Shown: positions 28,689 to 39,160 of the stretch, one piece after another
How positions within the stretch are numbered: the first letter of the stretch is position 1
Layout: each line of letters begins with the position of its first letter
Virus record (IMG/VR): IMGVR_UViG_3300020165_000007
Span: 124,001 to 188,000 of that record
Direction: 5' to 3' (one strand)
DNA length: 64,000 nucleotides
Notes under the pieces: generated by a model
Databases searched by the model: none
The model's input: only the letters and a program-made list of their open reading frames with translations
Told to the model about the DNA's origin: nothing
Program-made: the position numbers and the translations under genes

Positions 28689-31270
28689 AGTTTTACCGTA
28701 AAATACTTAAAAGCTAACGGACCTAATTTCCTCAATTCTCGGTTAATATTATTAGTAGTTAACTCTTGCTCTTTATCTTGTAGATTTCTAAATGCTACTG
28801 ATATCATAACCTGTTGTGACTTCTCTGCAAGTTGCAACAGGTTTTCTTTTTCATCCTCATCTTCAATTTGTTGGTAACTACCCTGTAATTCTTGTATCTT
28901 TAAATATTTTTCCAAGAAGTCTCTACCGCTCCAAGTAAAATCAGGTGATTGCATCATATTAACAATACCACTATCTCTTAACGCCTTTAAAAAATCAAAG
29001 ATATAACCACCATTATCCATTTTTAGAAGGGGTAGTAATGGTTTCATTTCATCAATAAAATTTTCATTAATTGTTGTAATAGACTCAGGATATGTATCAC
29101 TAATAGTACCCTCATTTTTATCGGGGTAATCTGAATTCTTTAATATATGTCTAAGTAAGTTTAAAGAACCAATTCTTTTGTCGTTAGTATCCACAACAGT
29201 CCAAGGAACCTCACCTTTACCCAAGTCAAAAACTTTTTCTTTGTATTCTGTATAGTCATCCCACTTTTCTAAAGACTTTTCATCATTAGGTGAAAATTTC
29301 CAATATTTTAAAGGCGAAGACTTTCTTAAATCAAATCTTTTTTCTTGTGTTTTAGGTGTTATTGATAACCAAAACTTATATAAGTCAGTTCCCCTACTAA
29401 CTAAAGACTTTTCAAAATCATTAACATTATTCATAAACCCCTCATATTCTTCATCAGTTCCATATCCCATAACTGGTTCCACAATTCCTCTGTTATACCA
29501 ACTACGGTCAAAAAAAGTAATTTTACCAGGTTCAATATGTTGTTCATATCTTTTAAACCAATCCTCCCTTTCTTCAGGTGTTGGTATTCCCAAGGCAACC
29601 ACATTAAAATATTTTGGGTCTAAATATTTAGTTATGGTTCTTATCGTTGAGCCTTTACCTGCAGTGTCTCTACCTTCGAATACTACTGCGATAGATTTAC
29701 CTGTCTGCTTGATGTGTTCTTGTAATTTTAATAACTCAACTTGTAATGGTAGTAACTCTTTTTTAAATTGTTTTTTACCTATGGAAGATATCTCAGGCTC
29801 CTCGCCTCCGTAAACTAACTCATCTTCAACATTAAAATCATCATCTTCAAATTCTGACGATTTTCTATTACCGATAGAATTAACTAAGATTTCTAAATAT
29901 TCTCTGGCGTTTATTCTTGGGTTACCTGATTTTAAAAATTTTCTTTCTAAGTTTCTTATTACTAAGTTGTTTATATCCTCATCTTTTAGTTGAGATAGTA
30001 AATCTTCCATTTCTGACGGGTCAATATCTTTACTTCTTAATACGTTAGATAAATCTTCTTTAGATTCATCCATTTGACTGGGAAGGTCTATCAATCCTTT
30101 ATCTTTCATTATTCTCGCCAGTCTATCTCCATATAAATCAATAACTCTTTTTAAGAATAAATCAGGATTTTTTCTAATATATTGAATTATATCAAACCTG
30201 ACATTTTTAGAGTATTTTCCAAATAAGTCTGATATTTTGTCGTCTTTTCTATACGAGTCTTTACGATAAAACAGGTTTTTTATTTCTTTATTACTGACCT
30301 TAGGAAACGTAATAATTTTACAATCACCTCCAACCTTACCCTGTGGTAATGAAATACTATTTACACTTTTCCCACTTTTATAATTATTAATAACTAAATC
30401 AATTAAACTATCGGTGTCATTTAAACAATATGAAATATATTCATCATTTAAAATAGAAAAAATCCATTTTAGTGACTTTTCTTCACCGGACACCGCACTC
30501 TTCCCCTCTGTTTCTCCTACAACGAAAGATACTTTCATCATTAGTTTTTTATATGGATTAAACTCATCATCTTTATCCATTAAATCTATAGGTCTTTTTA
30601 AATCATCTATTTCATACCCATCCTCAACCATTTTAATTTTTGCGGCCTTAAACCCACTAGATAATGAACCTAAGTCAAATCGTTCACCTGGTTGTGTCAA
30701 TTTAACTGAGTAATAATCCTCACCGATTTTTATATCTTCTTTTCGTTGAGATATTATAGGTTTACCTCCTGTAAGTCCTGCTAATAACCCTTCAAAATTA
30801 AATCCTCTACCGTCTTTATCTTTTTTAAATGATAAGAAGTACTCATAAAATCTAATTTTATCAACTAATCTTTTTAATGTGTTTTCTAAATCAATATCTT
30901 TATTAATGTCAAAAAATGTTAGTCCTTCACTACTTAAAATCTTTTTTATCACATTACTTGAAGACATCTTTGTTTTTGGTATCGGACCTAACGTAGACAT
31001 TATTTTACTTAGAGTTGTTGATGTCGCGTCTATTTCTTCTTTAATTACATCTTGATTTTCTTTAACCCACACATCTTCATCACCAACTAAATTAAGGGTT
31101 CTACCGTTATCCCACTCAACATAATATAATGGTTCATTGCTCCATGGGTCAGACCCAATACCAATAACAGTACCTTTAGTGCCGACAGTTATTGGGGAGT
31201 AAGGGTCACTCATAACAATTAAAGTGACTCTATCACCTTTTTTTAAATTTGGGTTAATATCCATACTCAT
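28685..31270 (-). CDS. ppk2: Multidomain protein: DUF4314-like, putative PD-(D/E)xK nuclease, polyphosphate kinase 2, C-terminal domain
   Basis: QVELLKLQ, FEGRDTAGKG, FDRSWYNR and WKFSPND PPK2 motifs; N-terminal GDRV...DPY...GTKGTV...VEWDNG. Confidence 0.85.
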   Translation of the reverse strand: MSMDINPNLKKGDRVTLIVMSDPYSPITVGTKGTVIGIGSDPWSNEPLYYVEWDNGRTLNLVGDEDVWVKENQDVIKEEIDATSTTLSKIMSTLGPIPKTKMSSSNVIKKILSSEGLTFFDINKDIDLENTLKRLVDKIRFYEYFLSFKKDKDGRGFNFEGLLAGLTGGKPIISQRKEDIKIGEDYYSVKLTQPGERFDLGSLSSGFKAAKIKMVEDGYEIDDLKRPIDLMDKDDEFNPYKKLMMKVSFVVGETEGKSAVSGEEKSLKWIFSILNDEYISYCLNDTDSLIDLVINNYKSGKSVNSISLPQGKVGGDCKIITFPKVSNKEIKNLFYRKDSYRKDDKISDLFGKYSKNVRFDIIQYIRKNPDLFLKRVIDLYGDRLARIMKDKGLIDLPSQMDESKEDLSNVLRSKDIDPSEMEDLLSQLKDEDINNLVIRNLERKFLKSGNPRINAREYLEILVNSIGNRKSSEFEDDDFNVEDELVYGGEEPEISSIGKKQFKKELLPLQVELLKLQEHIKQTGKSIAVVFEGRDTAGKGSTIRTITKYLDPKYFNVVALGIPTPEEREDWFKRYEQHIEPGKITFFDRSWYNRGIVEPVMGYGTDEEYEGFMNNVNDFEKSLVSRGTDLYKFWLSITPKTQEKRFDLRKSSPLKYWKFSPNDEKSLEKWDDYTEYKEKVFDLGKGEVPWTVVDTNDKRIGSLNLLRHILKNSDYPDKNEGTISDTYPESITTINENFIDEMKPLLPLLKMDNGGYIFDFLKALRDSGIVNMMQSPDFTWSGRDFLEKYLKIQELQGSYQQIEDEDEKENLLQLAEKSQQVMISVAFRNLQDKEQELTTNNINRELRKLGPLAFKYFTVKL

Positions 31271-31333
31271 AAAAAATACCTTTTATCATAAATATACTAA
31301 ATAACCTAATATTTATATTTATAATATAAAGTT

Positions 31334-31972
31334 ATGAAGGTAATTTTAACTGAAAGTCAATTTAACACGTTATTAAAAGAGAATTACAAGGAGAAGGTCG
31401 GAGGTTCTCTAATGAATCTTAGTAAATTCTCAAATAAAGTAGTCAGAGACGCGTCAAACCAACTAAAATTTGATTTTAGATTTTTAGTCACTTATGGTGC
31501 AGGTATAGGCTCTATACTACAATCGGTATTTGATTATTTAGAAGGTAACTTTACAGGTCTGAGTGAAACTCAGTTAGCGGGATTGGCTGTTATGGCGGTA
31601 GGGGTTGTGTTTTTTGAAAATAAAGATTTAAAGTCTCAAATAAAAAATATTGAGTCGATGGGTTTAAGTTCTGAATTAGATAACGTTGTTAGTTATACTC
31701 AAAATTTAAAAAATAAATTTTCTAATATTTTAAGGGTTTTAGGTTTGTCTATTCACAGAACATCAAATATTATATCATATAGTTTTTTAATACCATTACT
31801 CTCTATTATTATAGAAATTGTAACATTACATGGTGTTGAATCTTCCCAATTTAGTATGTTAATTGAGAGTTTATTAACATCGGGTCTTATTGCCGTAGAG
31901 GGTGTAGCGTTAAGAGATATATTAATGAAGGCTGGTGATATTATTAGTCAAAAGACTGTTAATCAAAAGTAA
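31334..31972 (+). CDS. Hydrophobic protein with xxLTESQ leader
   Basis: MKVILTESQFNTLLKE; several hydrophobic helices; TATTTATA upstream. Confidence 0.7.
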   Translation: MKVILTESQFNTLLKENYKEKVGGSLMNLSKFSNKVVRDASNQLKFDFRFLVTYGAGIGSILQSVFDYLEGNFTGLSETQLAGLAVMAVGVVFFENKDLKSQIKNIESMGLSSELDNVVSYTQNLKNKFSNILRVLGLSIHRTSNIISYSFLIPLLSIIIEIVTLHGVESSQFSMLIESLLTSGLIAVEGVALRDILMKAGDIISQKTVNQK

Positions 31973-32267
31973 ATTCTTTATCCACTACATAGTAAAAGAC
32001 ATCCATAGCCCAATATAAGTTTTTGACTTTACCCTTCTCTCTTTCTTTACTTATTTTTTTAATCTTCTCTTTATCTCCTGAGATTACTCCAACAATTTTT
32101 TTACCACTAGGTAGGTCTATATGTTTATGAGTATTAATCGATATTGGTTCAGGTTTATCAAAATCCTTTAACCTCTTCACTAATTGTTTTTTACTCCCAC
32201 CATATGATAACCTACGAGTTTTACAATAATTTTTTAATTCTACTAATGAAAGTGAGTTATAATCCAT
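31959..32267 (-). CDS. SAP-domain DNA-binding protein
   Basis: SLSLVELKNYCKTRRLSYGGSKKQLVKRL. Confidence 0.75.
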   Translation of the reverse strand: MDYNSLSLVELKNYCKTRRLSYGGSKKQLVKRLKDFDKPEPISINTHKHIDLPSGKKIVGVISGDKEKIKKISKEREKGKVKNLYWAMDVFYYVVDKEFTFD

Positions 32268-32291
32268 AAAGACTAAATTACTAATTTAATC

Positions 32292-32666
32292 TCATAATTC
32301 AAAATCTTTTTTTAATTGTTCAATATCCATTCTAAGTTTTTCATCTCTTTCAATAGAATCTGTAGCACTTTCAAAGTCTACGTCTTTTTTGTTTTTAGAT
32401 GAATAATCAGTATCGGTAGAATATGCTTTATTATGTGAACCTCCCGAATCTAACCCCTTTTCTAATCTAATTAATCTTTTATGTATTTCCTTAATAGAAT
32501 TTTCTACATCTGACCAATTTTCAATACTTTGTAAAATTATAGTATCTGATAAAAATTCAGGTAAATCATAATCAACAACGTCTGATGTATTCCCGTAAAG
32601 ACCTTGTTCTTTAATAGTCTGTATAATTACTTTATTTAGTTGGGTTTCTGTTAACTTAATTTTCAT
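32292..32666 (-). CDS. Hypothetical protein with xxLTETQL leader
   Basis: MKIKLTETQLNKVIIQTIKEQ. Confidence 0.7.
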   Translation of the reverse strand: MKIKLTETQLNKVIIQTIKEQGLYGNTSDVVDYDLPEFLSDTIILQSIENWSDVENSIKEIHKRLIRLEKGLDSGGSHNKAYSTDTDYSSKNKKDVDFESATDSIERDEKLRMDIEQLKKDFEL

Positions 32667-33505
32667 CTTACTTTATATTTTTCTTTGTACTTATTAGTTA
32701 AAAAAAGTACTAGTTCATTAATATCTTCGTTATTTAGATTATGAACATTTTTATTTCTATTAAACCAATCCCTCATTGTTTTTTCTATCGGTTCTTTTCT
32801 AAGTTTGTTTACTCTTCTAAAACCTTTTAACTCTGCGGGTATTTCATGTGGCTGTTTATAATACTCTTTATCTTTAGGTCTATCATCTGAATTATCCTCA
32901 AAAGGGTCTTTTTCATCATCTGGACTTCCCCATGAGGTTTGATAAACGTGTTCTAATTCGTGCGCAATTATATCATTTAAATCCGCAATTACATCATATA
33001 AAATTTTAGGTAAACCATTAGGGTTAATTATAAGATTAATTGTTATTGTATCACCCTCATCAACTGTCTGACCATCAATTAAGTAACCGTCTTTTAGGTT
33101 AGGGTCTAACTGATATGTAAATTCTACACTAAACTCAGGTATGTTTTTAAAGTCATACTCAAATTCTTCCCCGTCTGTTATTTTTTCAGGTAAGTAATGA
33201 TTTCCTGTTTCTTTACTTTTAATAATATTAACTAATGTCCTAACAATTTCTCTTATAGGTGCGTCTGTAACTCTTCTTTCAACTACTAACCCTTCTATCA
33301 GTATCTTACCCCTTTCTTTCAAGTGTTCTTTAATTTGAAACACTAATTCTTCGACTATAGTATTTGGATTTTCGTCTTCATAAAATCCTGTTTTGATTCT
33401 GAAGTAGTTTTTACTCACTAAGGACTCTGCATAAGGAATGTTATTTGTCTTAACGACAACCATTTCCATTATACCATCATAATAATCTTTAAATTCTTCA
33501 CTCAT
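32663..33505 (-). CDS. HExxH metallopeptidase-like protein
   Basis: IAHELEHVYQ...YYKQPHEIPA; start MSEEFKD. Confidence 0.65.
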   Translation of the reverse strand: MSEEFKDYYDGIMEMVVVKTNNIPYAESLVSKNYFRIKTGFYEDENPNTIVEELVFQIKEHLKERGKILIEGLVVERRVTDAPIREIVRTLVNIIKSKETGNHYLPEKITDGEEFEYDFKNIPEFSVEFTYQLDPNLKDGYLIDGQTVDEGDTITINLIINPNGLPKILYDVIADLNDIIAHELEHVYQTSWGSPDDEKDPFEDNSDDRPKDKEYYKQPHEIPAELKGFRRVNKLRKEPIEKTMRDWFNRNKNVHNLNNEDINELVLFLTNKYKEKYKVR

Positions 33506-33989
33506 TATCCTCAAATATAATATCATTAATTTTTAATTCATAGTCTTCCATACCAATTAATCTTGCAAGTCTACCAAATTGACTATCCCAATTATAACTA
33601 CTACTTTTAAATTGTTTTTTAAAAAAATCAAATAAATCTCCAAGTTTTGAGTCCACAACTAGTGTATTAATATCAGTATCACCTAATATGACGTTTTTTA
33701 ATACAATATCGCAACTTAACGACTTATAAATTTTACCCATACTATTTATCACTGAAAACTTTTTAGGTATAAATTTAATTTCACATTTTATTTTCGTTGG
33801 TGTAGAAAATAAAAAAATCTCATCCTCCATATGTCTAAAGGTAGATAGTAGGTGTAACCTATCTTTAAAATTAACAGAATCTTTTTTTAACTCTTCAATA
33901 GTTTCATCCCTGTTTTGTATTACGTCTTTAGCGTAATAATCATCAGGTCGGTTATAAAGATAGTCGGGTAATTCAATGTCTAATTCCAT
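33498..33989 (-). CDS. Hypothetical protein
   Basis: 163 aa ORF with ATATTTAT upstream. Confidence 0.7.
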   Translation of the reverse strand: MELDIELPDYLYNRPDDYYAKDVIQNRDETIEELKKDSVNFKDRLHLLSTFRHMEDEIFLFSTPTKIKCEIKFIPKKFSVINSMGKIYKSLSCDIVLKNVILGDTDINTLVVDSKLGDLFDFFKKQFKSSSYNWDSQFGRLARLIGMEDYELKINDIIFEDNE

Positions 33990-34001
33990 AACAAATAAAT
34001 A

Positions 34002-34847
34002 TTACAAACTTTGTAACATTTCAATAAGTTTTGGATGTGGGTAAATATCAAACTTATCTTTTCTAAAATTAGTGTGTGACCATATCCCCGAACCACCCTC
34101 ATTCGCTAATGGTTGGTAGTCAAAAGGTTTCCAATTGTTTCTTTTAGCATCTGTATATAACCTTAACGCATAATTAGTATTTCTACCATGTAATCCGTCT
34201 TCGAGTAGCATTTTACCATTCATACCTAAGTACCCCTTACTATTTAAAAATTTCTGTTGTTTAAGTATAGGTAAATCCTTTATTGTATCATCATAAGATT
34301 CAAATAATTCATTAATGCCCTTACACACGTCAATATTATATTTTTCAGATAAAGTAGATATCAAATACTTAATAGACGAGATTTGTTTATCTGTATAGTT
34401 GTGATAATATCTAAATCCTCTCCAATTTTTACCTAAATCAATTACATCTTCATCAGGTACTTTAGAATTGACATATGTGAAATATTGACCGTCTTGAGAC
34501 CTCGTTAGAGGTCCGTAATTACATATTTCAATACCTATTGATTGTTTATTTAACTGTGAGTTGTTTGAATTTTTAGTCCCTAAGTGATGTGCCCAATATT
34601 TTAAATCAAAACACTCCACAATATTACCGTCCCACTTAGTGTCTCCATCTCTAGTTGATTTATTTCCTATTACAAAATGAGTCGCAACCCTTAAAGATTT
34701 ACCTCCTTTAGTTTTATCTCTATCCCACGCATACACAACCCAATCAGGTCTATGACTACCAGCAGTATGATGTAGTACTATAGATTTCTTTTCCGTTTCA
34801 TCCGGAAAAAATTCATCTTTTGGAAGGTGTAATTTATTTATCTTCAT
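34002..34847 (-). CDS. N-acetylmuramoyl-L-alanine amidase (endolysin-like) with PG-binding-like insert
   Basis: IVLHHTAG, WAHH, SIGIEI, WSH...KFDIYP; insert QKFLN..GY...EDGLHGRNT. Confidence 0.85.
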   Translation of the reverse strand: MKINKLHLPKDEFFPDETEKKSIVLHHTAGSHRPDWVVYAWDRDKTKGGKSLRVATHFVIGNKSTRDGDTKWDGNIVECFDLKYWAHHLGTKNSNNSQLNKQSIGIEICNYGPLTRSQDGQYFTYVNSKVPDEDVIDLGKNWRGFRYYHNYTDKQISSIKYLISTLSEKYNIDVCKGINELFESYDDTIKDLPILKQQKFLNSKGYLGMNGKMLLEDGLHGRNTNYALRLYTDAKRNNWKPFDYQPLANEGGSGIWSHTNFRKDKFDIYPHPKLIEMLQSL

Positions 34848-34883
34848 AATAATATTATTAGATTTGTCTTATATAATATAAAT

Positions 34884-35471
34884 ATGAAAAAAATAACTTT
34901 ATTATTTAACTTATTACTTTCATTTACCACATTATGGTCTCAAAATGAAAAAAATATTGTTACGGATATTTTTATTGTAAAATATTCTGAAACTTTAGAG
35001 CAACCTACATTTATTTTTTATGAGGTAAAGTGCCCTAACGGTAATCAATCAAGAAGTGGTCTAAACTTTAAAAAATATGAAGGAGTACATACCTCGGATA
35101 ATGACGATTACGTAGATAATATATGGGATAAAGGTCACTTAGCACCCGCAGCCGCATTTAACTGTGATTTAGAAACCTTAAAAAAAACATTTTCTTTTTT
35201 AAATTGTGCGTTACAGCATCAGTCGTTAAATAGGGGTCCTTGGAGAGAGTTAGAAGAGTTTGAGCGTAACTTATCTAAAATTTTCGATAAAGTTTTTGTT
35301 GAAATAACTTGTCATTTTAGTGAAAATTCGTTAGTATTACCAACTGGAGCAACAGTTCCTGACGGATTTAGTAAAAATATAACATTTAATAATACCATTG
35401 AATGTTTTTATTTTCCTAATTCAGATGTGTCAGGAATTGATTGGTCAGAATTTAGAATAACTAATAAATAA
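34884..35471 (+). CDS. Secreted DNA/RNA non-specific endonuclease (NucA/EndA type)
   Basis: Signal peptide; [27 protein letters not shown]. Confidence 0.85.
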   Translation: MKKITLLFNLLLSFTTLWSQNEKNIVTDIFIVKYSETLEQPTFIFYEVKCPNGNQSRSGLNFKKYEGVHTSDNDDYVDNIWDKGHLAPAAAFNCDLETLKKTFSFLNCALQHQSLNRGPWRELEEFERNLSKIFDKVFVEITCHFSENSLVLPTGATVPDGFSKNITFNNTIECFYFPNSDVSGIDWSEFRITNK

Positions 35472-35493
35472 AATAATAAAAATTAAATTAAGT

Positions 35494-37374
35494 ATGGGAA
35501 AAGTTATTGGAATCGATTTGGGTACAACTAATTCATGTGTTTCTGTAGTTGAAGCGGGTACTCCTATCGTAATAGTCAATTCTGAAGGTAGAAGAACAAC
35601 ACCTTCAATAGTTTCATTTAAAGATGGTGACCGCATTGTTGGAGATGCAGCAAAACGTCAATCTATTACAAATCCAGAGAATACAATATACTCTGTTAAA
35701 CGTTTTATCGGTAGTACCTATTCAGAGGTTTCGAAAGAAGTTAAAAAAATGCCATATAAAATATCTAAAGGTGACGGTGGAAAAGTCATAATAAATGTTA
35801 ATGATAGAGATTATGTACCACAAGAAATTTCGGCAATTGTTTTACAAAATTTGAAAAAAACTGCTGAAGATTATTTAGGAGAAAAAGTAACACAAGCCGT
35901 TATTACGGTACCTGCATATTTTAACGATTCACAAAGAAACGCAACAAAAGAAGCGGGTGAAATTGCTGGTCTTGAGGTACTTAGAATAATTAACGAACCT
36001 ACTGCAGCTGCACTATCTTACGGTTTAGATAAAGAAGGAGATAAAAAAGTTGCAGTATATGACTTAGGTGGTGGTACTTTTGACATATCTATTTTAGATA
36101 TGGGTGATGGGGTATTTGAAGTTTTATCCACTAACGGAGACACTCATTTAGGTGGAGATAACTTTGACGAGGTTTTAATTGATTGGATGATAAATAAATT
36201 TAAAGAGGAGTCGGGTATTGACGTATCTAAGGATTCTATGGCGATACAGAGACTTCGTGACGCATCTGAGAAATCTAAAATCGAATTATCATCGTCAAGT
36301 TCAACAGAGATTAATTTACCTTATCTCTCTGCAGGTTCAGAAGGTCCAAAACATTTTGTATGTAAATTAACTAGGTCTGAATTTGAAAGGATGGTAGAGG
36401 ATTTAGTAAAGAAGACCATTTCTCCTTGTCGTAAGGCGGTAAAATCGGCAAATCTAAAAGTAGATGATATTGATGAAGTAATTTTAGTAGGAGGTTCAAC
36501 AAGAATGCCATGTATACAAAATGCCGTTGAAAAGTTCTTTAAGAAGACCCCATCTAAAGGAGTTAACCCTGATGAGGTAGTCGCTATGGGTGCGTCTATA
36601 CAGGGTGGGGTACTTGCTGGTGATGTTAATGACGTTCTTTTATTGGATGTAACTCCTTTATCTTTAGGTATTGAAACAATGGGTGGTATTATGACAAGGT
36701 TAATCGAATCTAACACGACAATACCCACATCAAAATCTCAGGTATTTTCAACGGCGGTAGATAATCAACCCGCTGTTGATATTCATGTATTACAAGGTGA
36801 AAGACCTTTATCTTCAGACAATAGAACGTTAGGTAGATTCCAATTAACAGATTTACCCCCATCACCAAGAGGGATACCTCAAATAGAAGTGACGTTTGAT
36901 ATTGACGCCAACGGTATTATAAATGTAAGTGCAAAAGACAAGGCTACTGATAAGGTGCAAAATATACGTATAGAATCAGGAAATGGTTTGTCAGATGAAG
37001 AAATTGAAAGAATGAAGAAAGACTCTTTAAAGAATGAGGAGTCTGATAATAAAAAGAAATCTGAGATTGAAAAATTAAATGAGGTAGACTCTATGATTTT
37101 TCAAACCGAAAAACAGATAAAAGAATTCGGGGATAAATTAAGTGACACAGACAAAGACAATTTAAATAATAGTTTAAGTAAATTAAAATCCTCATATGAG
37201 GAAAAAGATTTTAATTCTATTGACGAGGATTTAAATTTGTTAAATGAAACATGGTCATCAATATCAACAAAATTATACGAAAATAATCAAGAAGATGATT
37301 CTAATCAATCAGATTCTTTAGATGACGATATAGATGTAAATGATGTGGAATTTGAAGAAGTAAAAACACATTAA
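35494..37374 (+). CDS. dnaK: Hsp70 chaperone DnaK
   Basis: [32 protein letters not shown] and DVEFEEV motifs. Confidence 0.97.
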   Translation: MGKVIGIDLGTTNSCVSVVEAGTPIVIVNSEGRRTTPSIVSFKDGDRIVGDAAKRQSITNPENTIYSVKRFIGSTYSEVSKEVKKMPYKISKGDGGKVIINVNDRDYVPQEISAIVLQNLKKTAEDYLGEKVTQAVITVPAYFNDSQRNATKEAGEIAGLEVLRIINEPTAAALSYGLDKEGDKKVAVYDLGGGTFDISILDMGDGVFEVLSTNGDTHLGGDNFDEVLIDWMINKFKEESGIDVSKDSMAIQRLRDASEKSKIELSSSSSTEINLPYLSAGSEGPKHFVCKLTRSEFERMVEDLVKKTISPCRKAVKSANLKVDDIDEVILVGGSTRMPCIQNAVEKFFKKTPSKGVNPDEVVAMGASIQGGVLAGDVNDVLLLDVTPLSLGIETMGGIMTRLIESNTTIPTSKSQVFSTAVDNQPAVDIHVLQGERPLSSDNRTLGRFQLTDLPPSPRGIPQIEVTFDIDANGIINVSAKDKATDKVQNIRIESGNGLSDEEIERMKKDSLKNEESDNKKKSEIEKLNEVDSMIFQTEKQIKEFGDKLSDTDKDNLNNSLSKLKSSYEEKDFNSIDEDLNLLNETWSSISTKLYENNQEDDSNQSDSLDDDIDVNDVEFEEVKTH

Positions 37375-37392
37375 AATTAAATAAATAAAATT

Positions 37393-37821
37393 ATGAAAGT
37401 TAAAAACGGAGACAGTGTCAAGGTCCATTATATCGGCACTTTAAATGATGGAAATGAGTTTGATAATTCATATAAAAGAGGTTCTACACTTGATTTCAAA
37501 GTAGGTGGAGGGCAAATGATTAAAGGATTTGATGACGCCATGGTTGAGATGGAAGTAGGTGATAAAAAAAGTATTAACATTAATCCTGAAGAGGCGTATG
37601 GTCCTCGTAGAGAGGAGGCGATAACTTCAGTCTCTAAAGATAATTTTCCACCTGATTTTGTAGCTAAAGAAGGTGAGATGGTACAGGGAAGTACAGAGAG
37701 CGGACAACCAATCACAGCGTTAATTTTAGAGATAAAAGATGATGAAATTATCTTAGATATGAATCATCCTTTAGCGGGAGAAGAGTTAAATTTTCAAATC
37801 GAACTTTTAGAAATAGTATAA
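37393..37821 (+). CDS. FKBP-type peptidyl-prolyl isomerase (SlyD-like, no His-rich tail)
   Basis: VKVHYIG, FDNS, PEEAYG, DMNHPLAGEELNF. Confidence 0.9.
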   Translation: MKVKNGDSVKVHYIGTLNDGNEFDNSYKRGSTLDFKVGGGQMIKGFDDAMVEMEVGDKKSININPEEAYGPRREEAITSVSKDNFPPDFVAKEGEMVQGSTESGQPITALILEIKDDEIILDMNHPLAGEELNFQIELLEIV

Positions 37822-37884
37822 TTAATTTGTTTTTATTAATTATCATCTCTATATTTATCATGAAGATTTTAATTTAAATTTAAA

Positions 37885-38094
37885 ATGAGTAAAATTTCTT
37901 ATGATGACTATTTGGGTCATGACCCATTTTTTTCACCTTGTATACATTGTGGATGTTCTGAGTTTCATATGGATTGGGATGAAATGATTTACAAATGTTC
38001 CGATTGTCAGAAACCCATAGAATCAGAAAATAACAATTATGGAAAAGAAAAAAGACCCAAAGAAGGAGTTAAAAAATTTAAAGGAGAAGACTAG
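37885..38094 (+). CDS. Small zinc-ribbon protein
   Basis: CIHCG...CSDC. Confidence 0.65.
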   Translation: MSKISYDDYLGHDPFFSPCIHCGCSEFHMDWDEMIYKCSDCQKPIESENNNYGKEKRPKEGVKKFKGED

Positions 38095-38180
38095 TCTTTT
38101 ATACTGGAAAGTTGATTATTACAATACATCAGATATTGGATATCCAGATGAAGAAACCTATTTATCTAAAAAATAGGTAT

Positions 38181-38324
38181 ATGAAATTTGATACATCATT
38201 AAGAAAGAAAATAATATTTTTTATTTTCTTTCTTATGCCAGGAGGATTTATTCTATTGTCTATTATGCTTTTTTTTGATGAATTTATTTTAAACAGAAAC
38301 CATGACGAAATTAACCCTAAGTAA
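38181..38324 (+). CDS. Small membrane protein
   Basis: IIFFIFFLMPGGFILLSIMLFF; CTATTTAT upstream. Confidence 0.45.
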   Translation: MKFDTSLRKKIIFFIFFLMPGGFILLSIMLFFDEFILNRNHDEINPK

Positions 38325-38790
38325 AATATTCTTTTTTTTAATTTTTATTTTCTCATTCCCTATGATTTCATATGAGAGAGCGAATAATATAGGGTTCAGA
38401 AACTTACGTATCAAACCTATTGAAACTAAAAGGGTTGTTCGAGTACCACAAAAAGTTGTTATCGGGATGATTCAAGTGGAAAGTAATGGTAACGATAGTG
38501 CTTACAATAAATCTGAAGAGGCTGTTGGTTGTTTACAGATAAGACCTATTATGGTAAGAGAAGTAAATCGTATTTTAAAAAAACAAGGAAAAGAACATAG
38601 GTTTAAAATGAAGGACAGGTGGGATAGAAATAAATCTTTAGATATGTTTTGGGTTTGGAAGGACTACCATCATCCAAACAGTGAAGATGAGGTAATTGCG
38701 AGAAATTGGAATGGAGGTCCCAACGGGTACATTAAAAAGTCAACGGAAAAGTATTGGGAAAAGGTTAGTAGTTGTTTGGAATATAAGTAA
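38302..38790 (+). CDS. Lysozyme-fold (SLT/destabilase-like) muralytic enzyme with N-terminal anchor
   Basis: IQVESNGN...AVGCLQIRP...ARNWNGGP...YW. Confidence 0.75.
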   Translation: MTKLTLSKIFFFLIFIFSFPMISYERANNIGFRNLRIKPIETKRVVRVPQKVVIGMIQVESNGNDSAYNKSEEAVGCLQIRPIMVREVNRILKKQGKEHRFKMKDRWDRNKSLDMFWVWKDYHHPNSEDEVIARNWNGGPNGYIKKSTEKYWEKVSSCLEYK

Positions 38791-38824
38791 TTGTTTTGTA
38801 TATTTGTAAAACAGAACAGAACAA

Positions 38825-39160
38825 ATGATTGTAGAAAAACTCACAACACGTCAGTACGGTAAACTTTTCAAACAACTTGTTGGTACTATTAAATCTAATA
38901 ATAGTAACTTTGACGGTACTATTGAAGTTACTCGTCTTCGTAAATATGATGATGTTAATCCTCAATATCACGGTGGTGAAGTAGATATTATTTACCGTGG
39001 AACTATATTGGCGGCGAATGGTAGAAATTATAATGGAAATCAGTTTGGTGGTGGAAGAATTCGTAGATATTTTCGCGCCCAATTTGGTAACCATCTTGAT
39101 ATGTACACTCGCCCTTTTGGTATTGATAAAGTAAAAATTTGTAAAATAACATTTGAATAA
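38825..39160 (+). CDS. Hypothetical protein
   Basis: Promoter TTTG 38775 / TATATTTG 38799. Confidence 0.75.
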   Translation: MIVEKLTTRQYGKLFKQLVGTIKSNNSNFDGTIEVTRLRKYDDVNPQYHGGEVDIIYRGTILAANGRNYNGNQFGGGRIRRYFRAQFGNHLDMYTRPFGIDKVKICKITFE

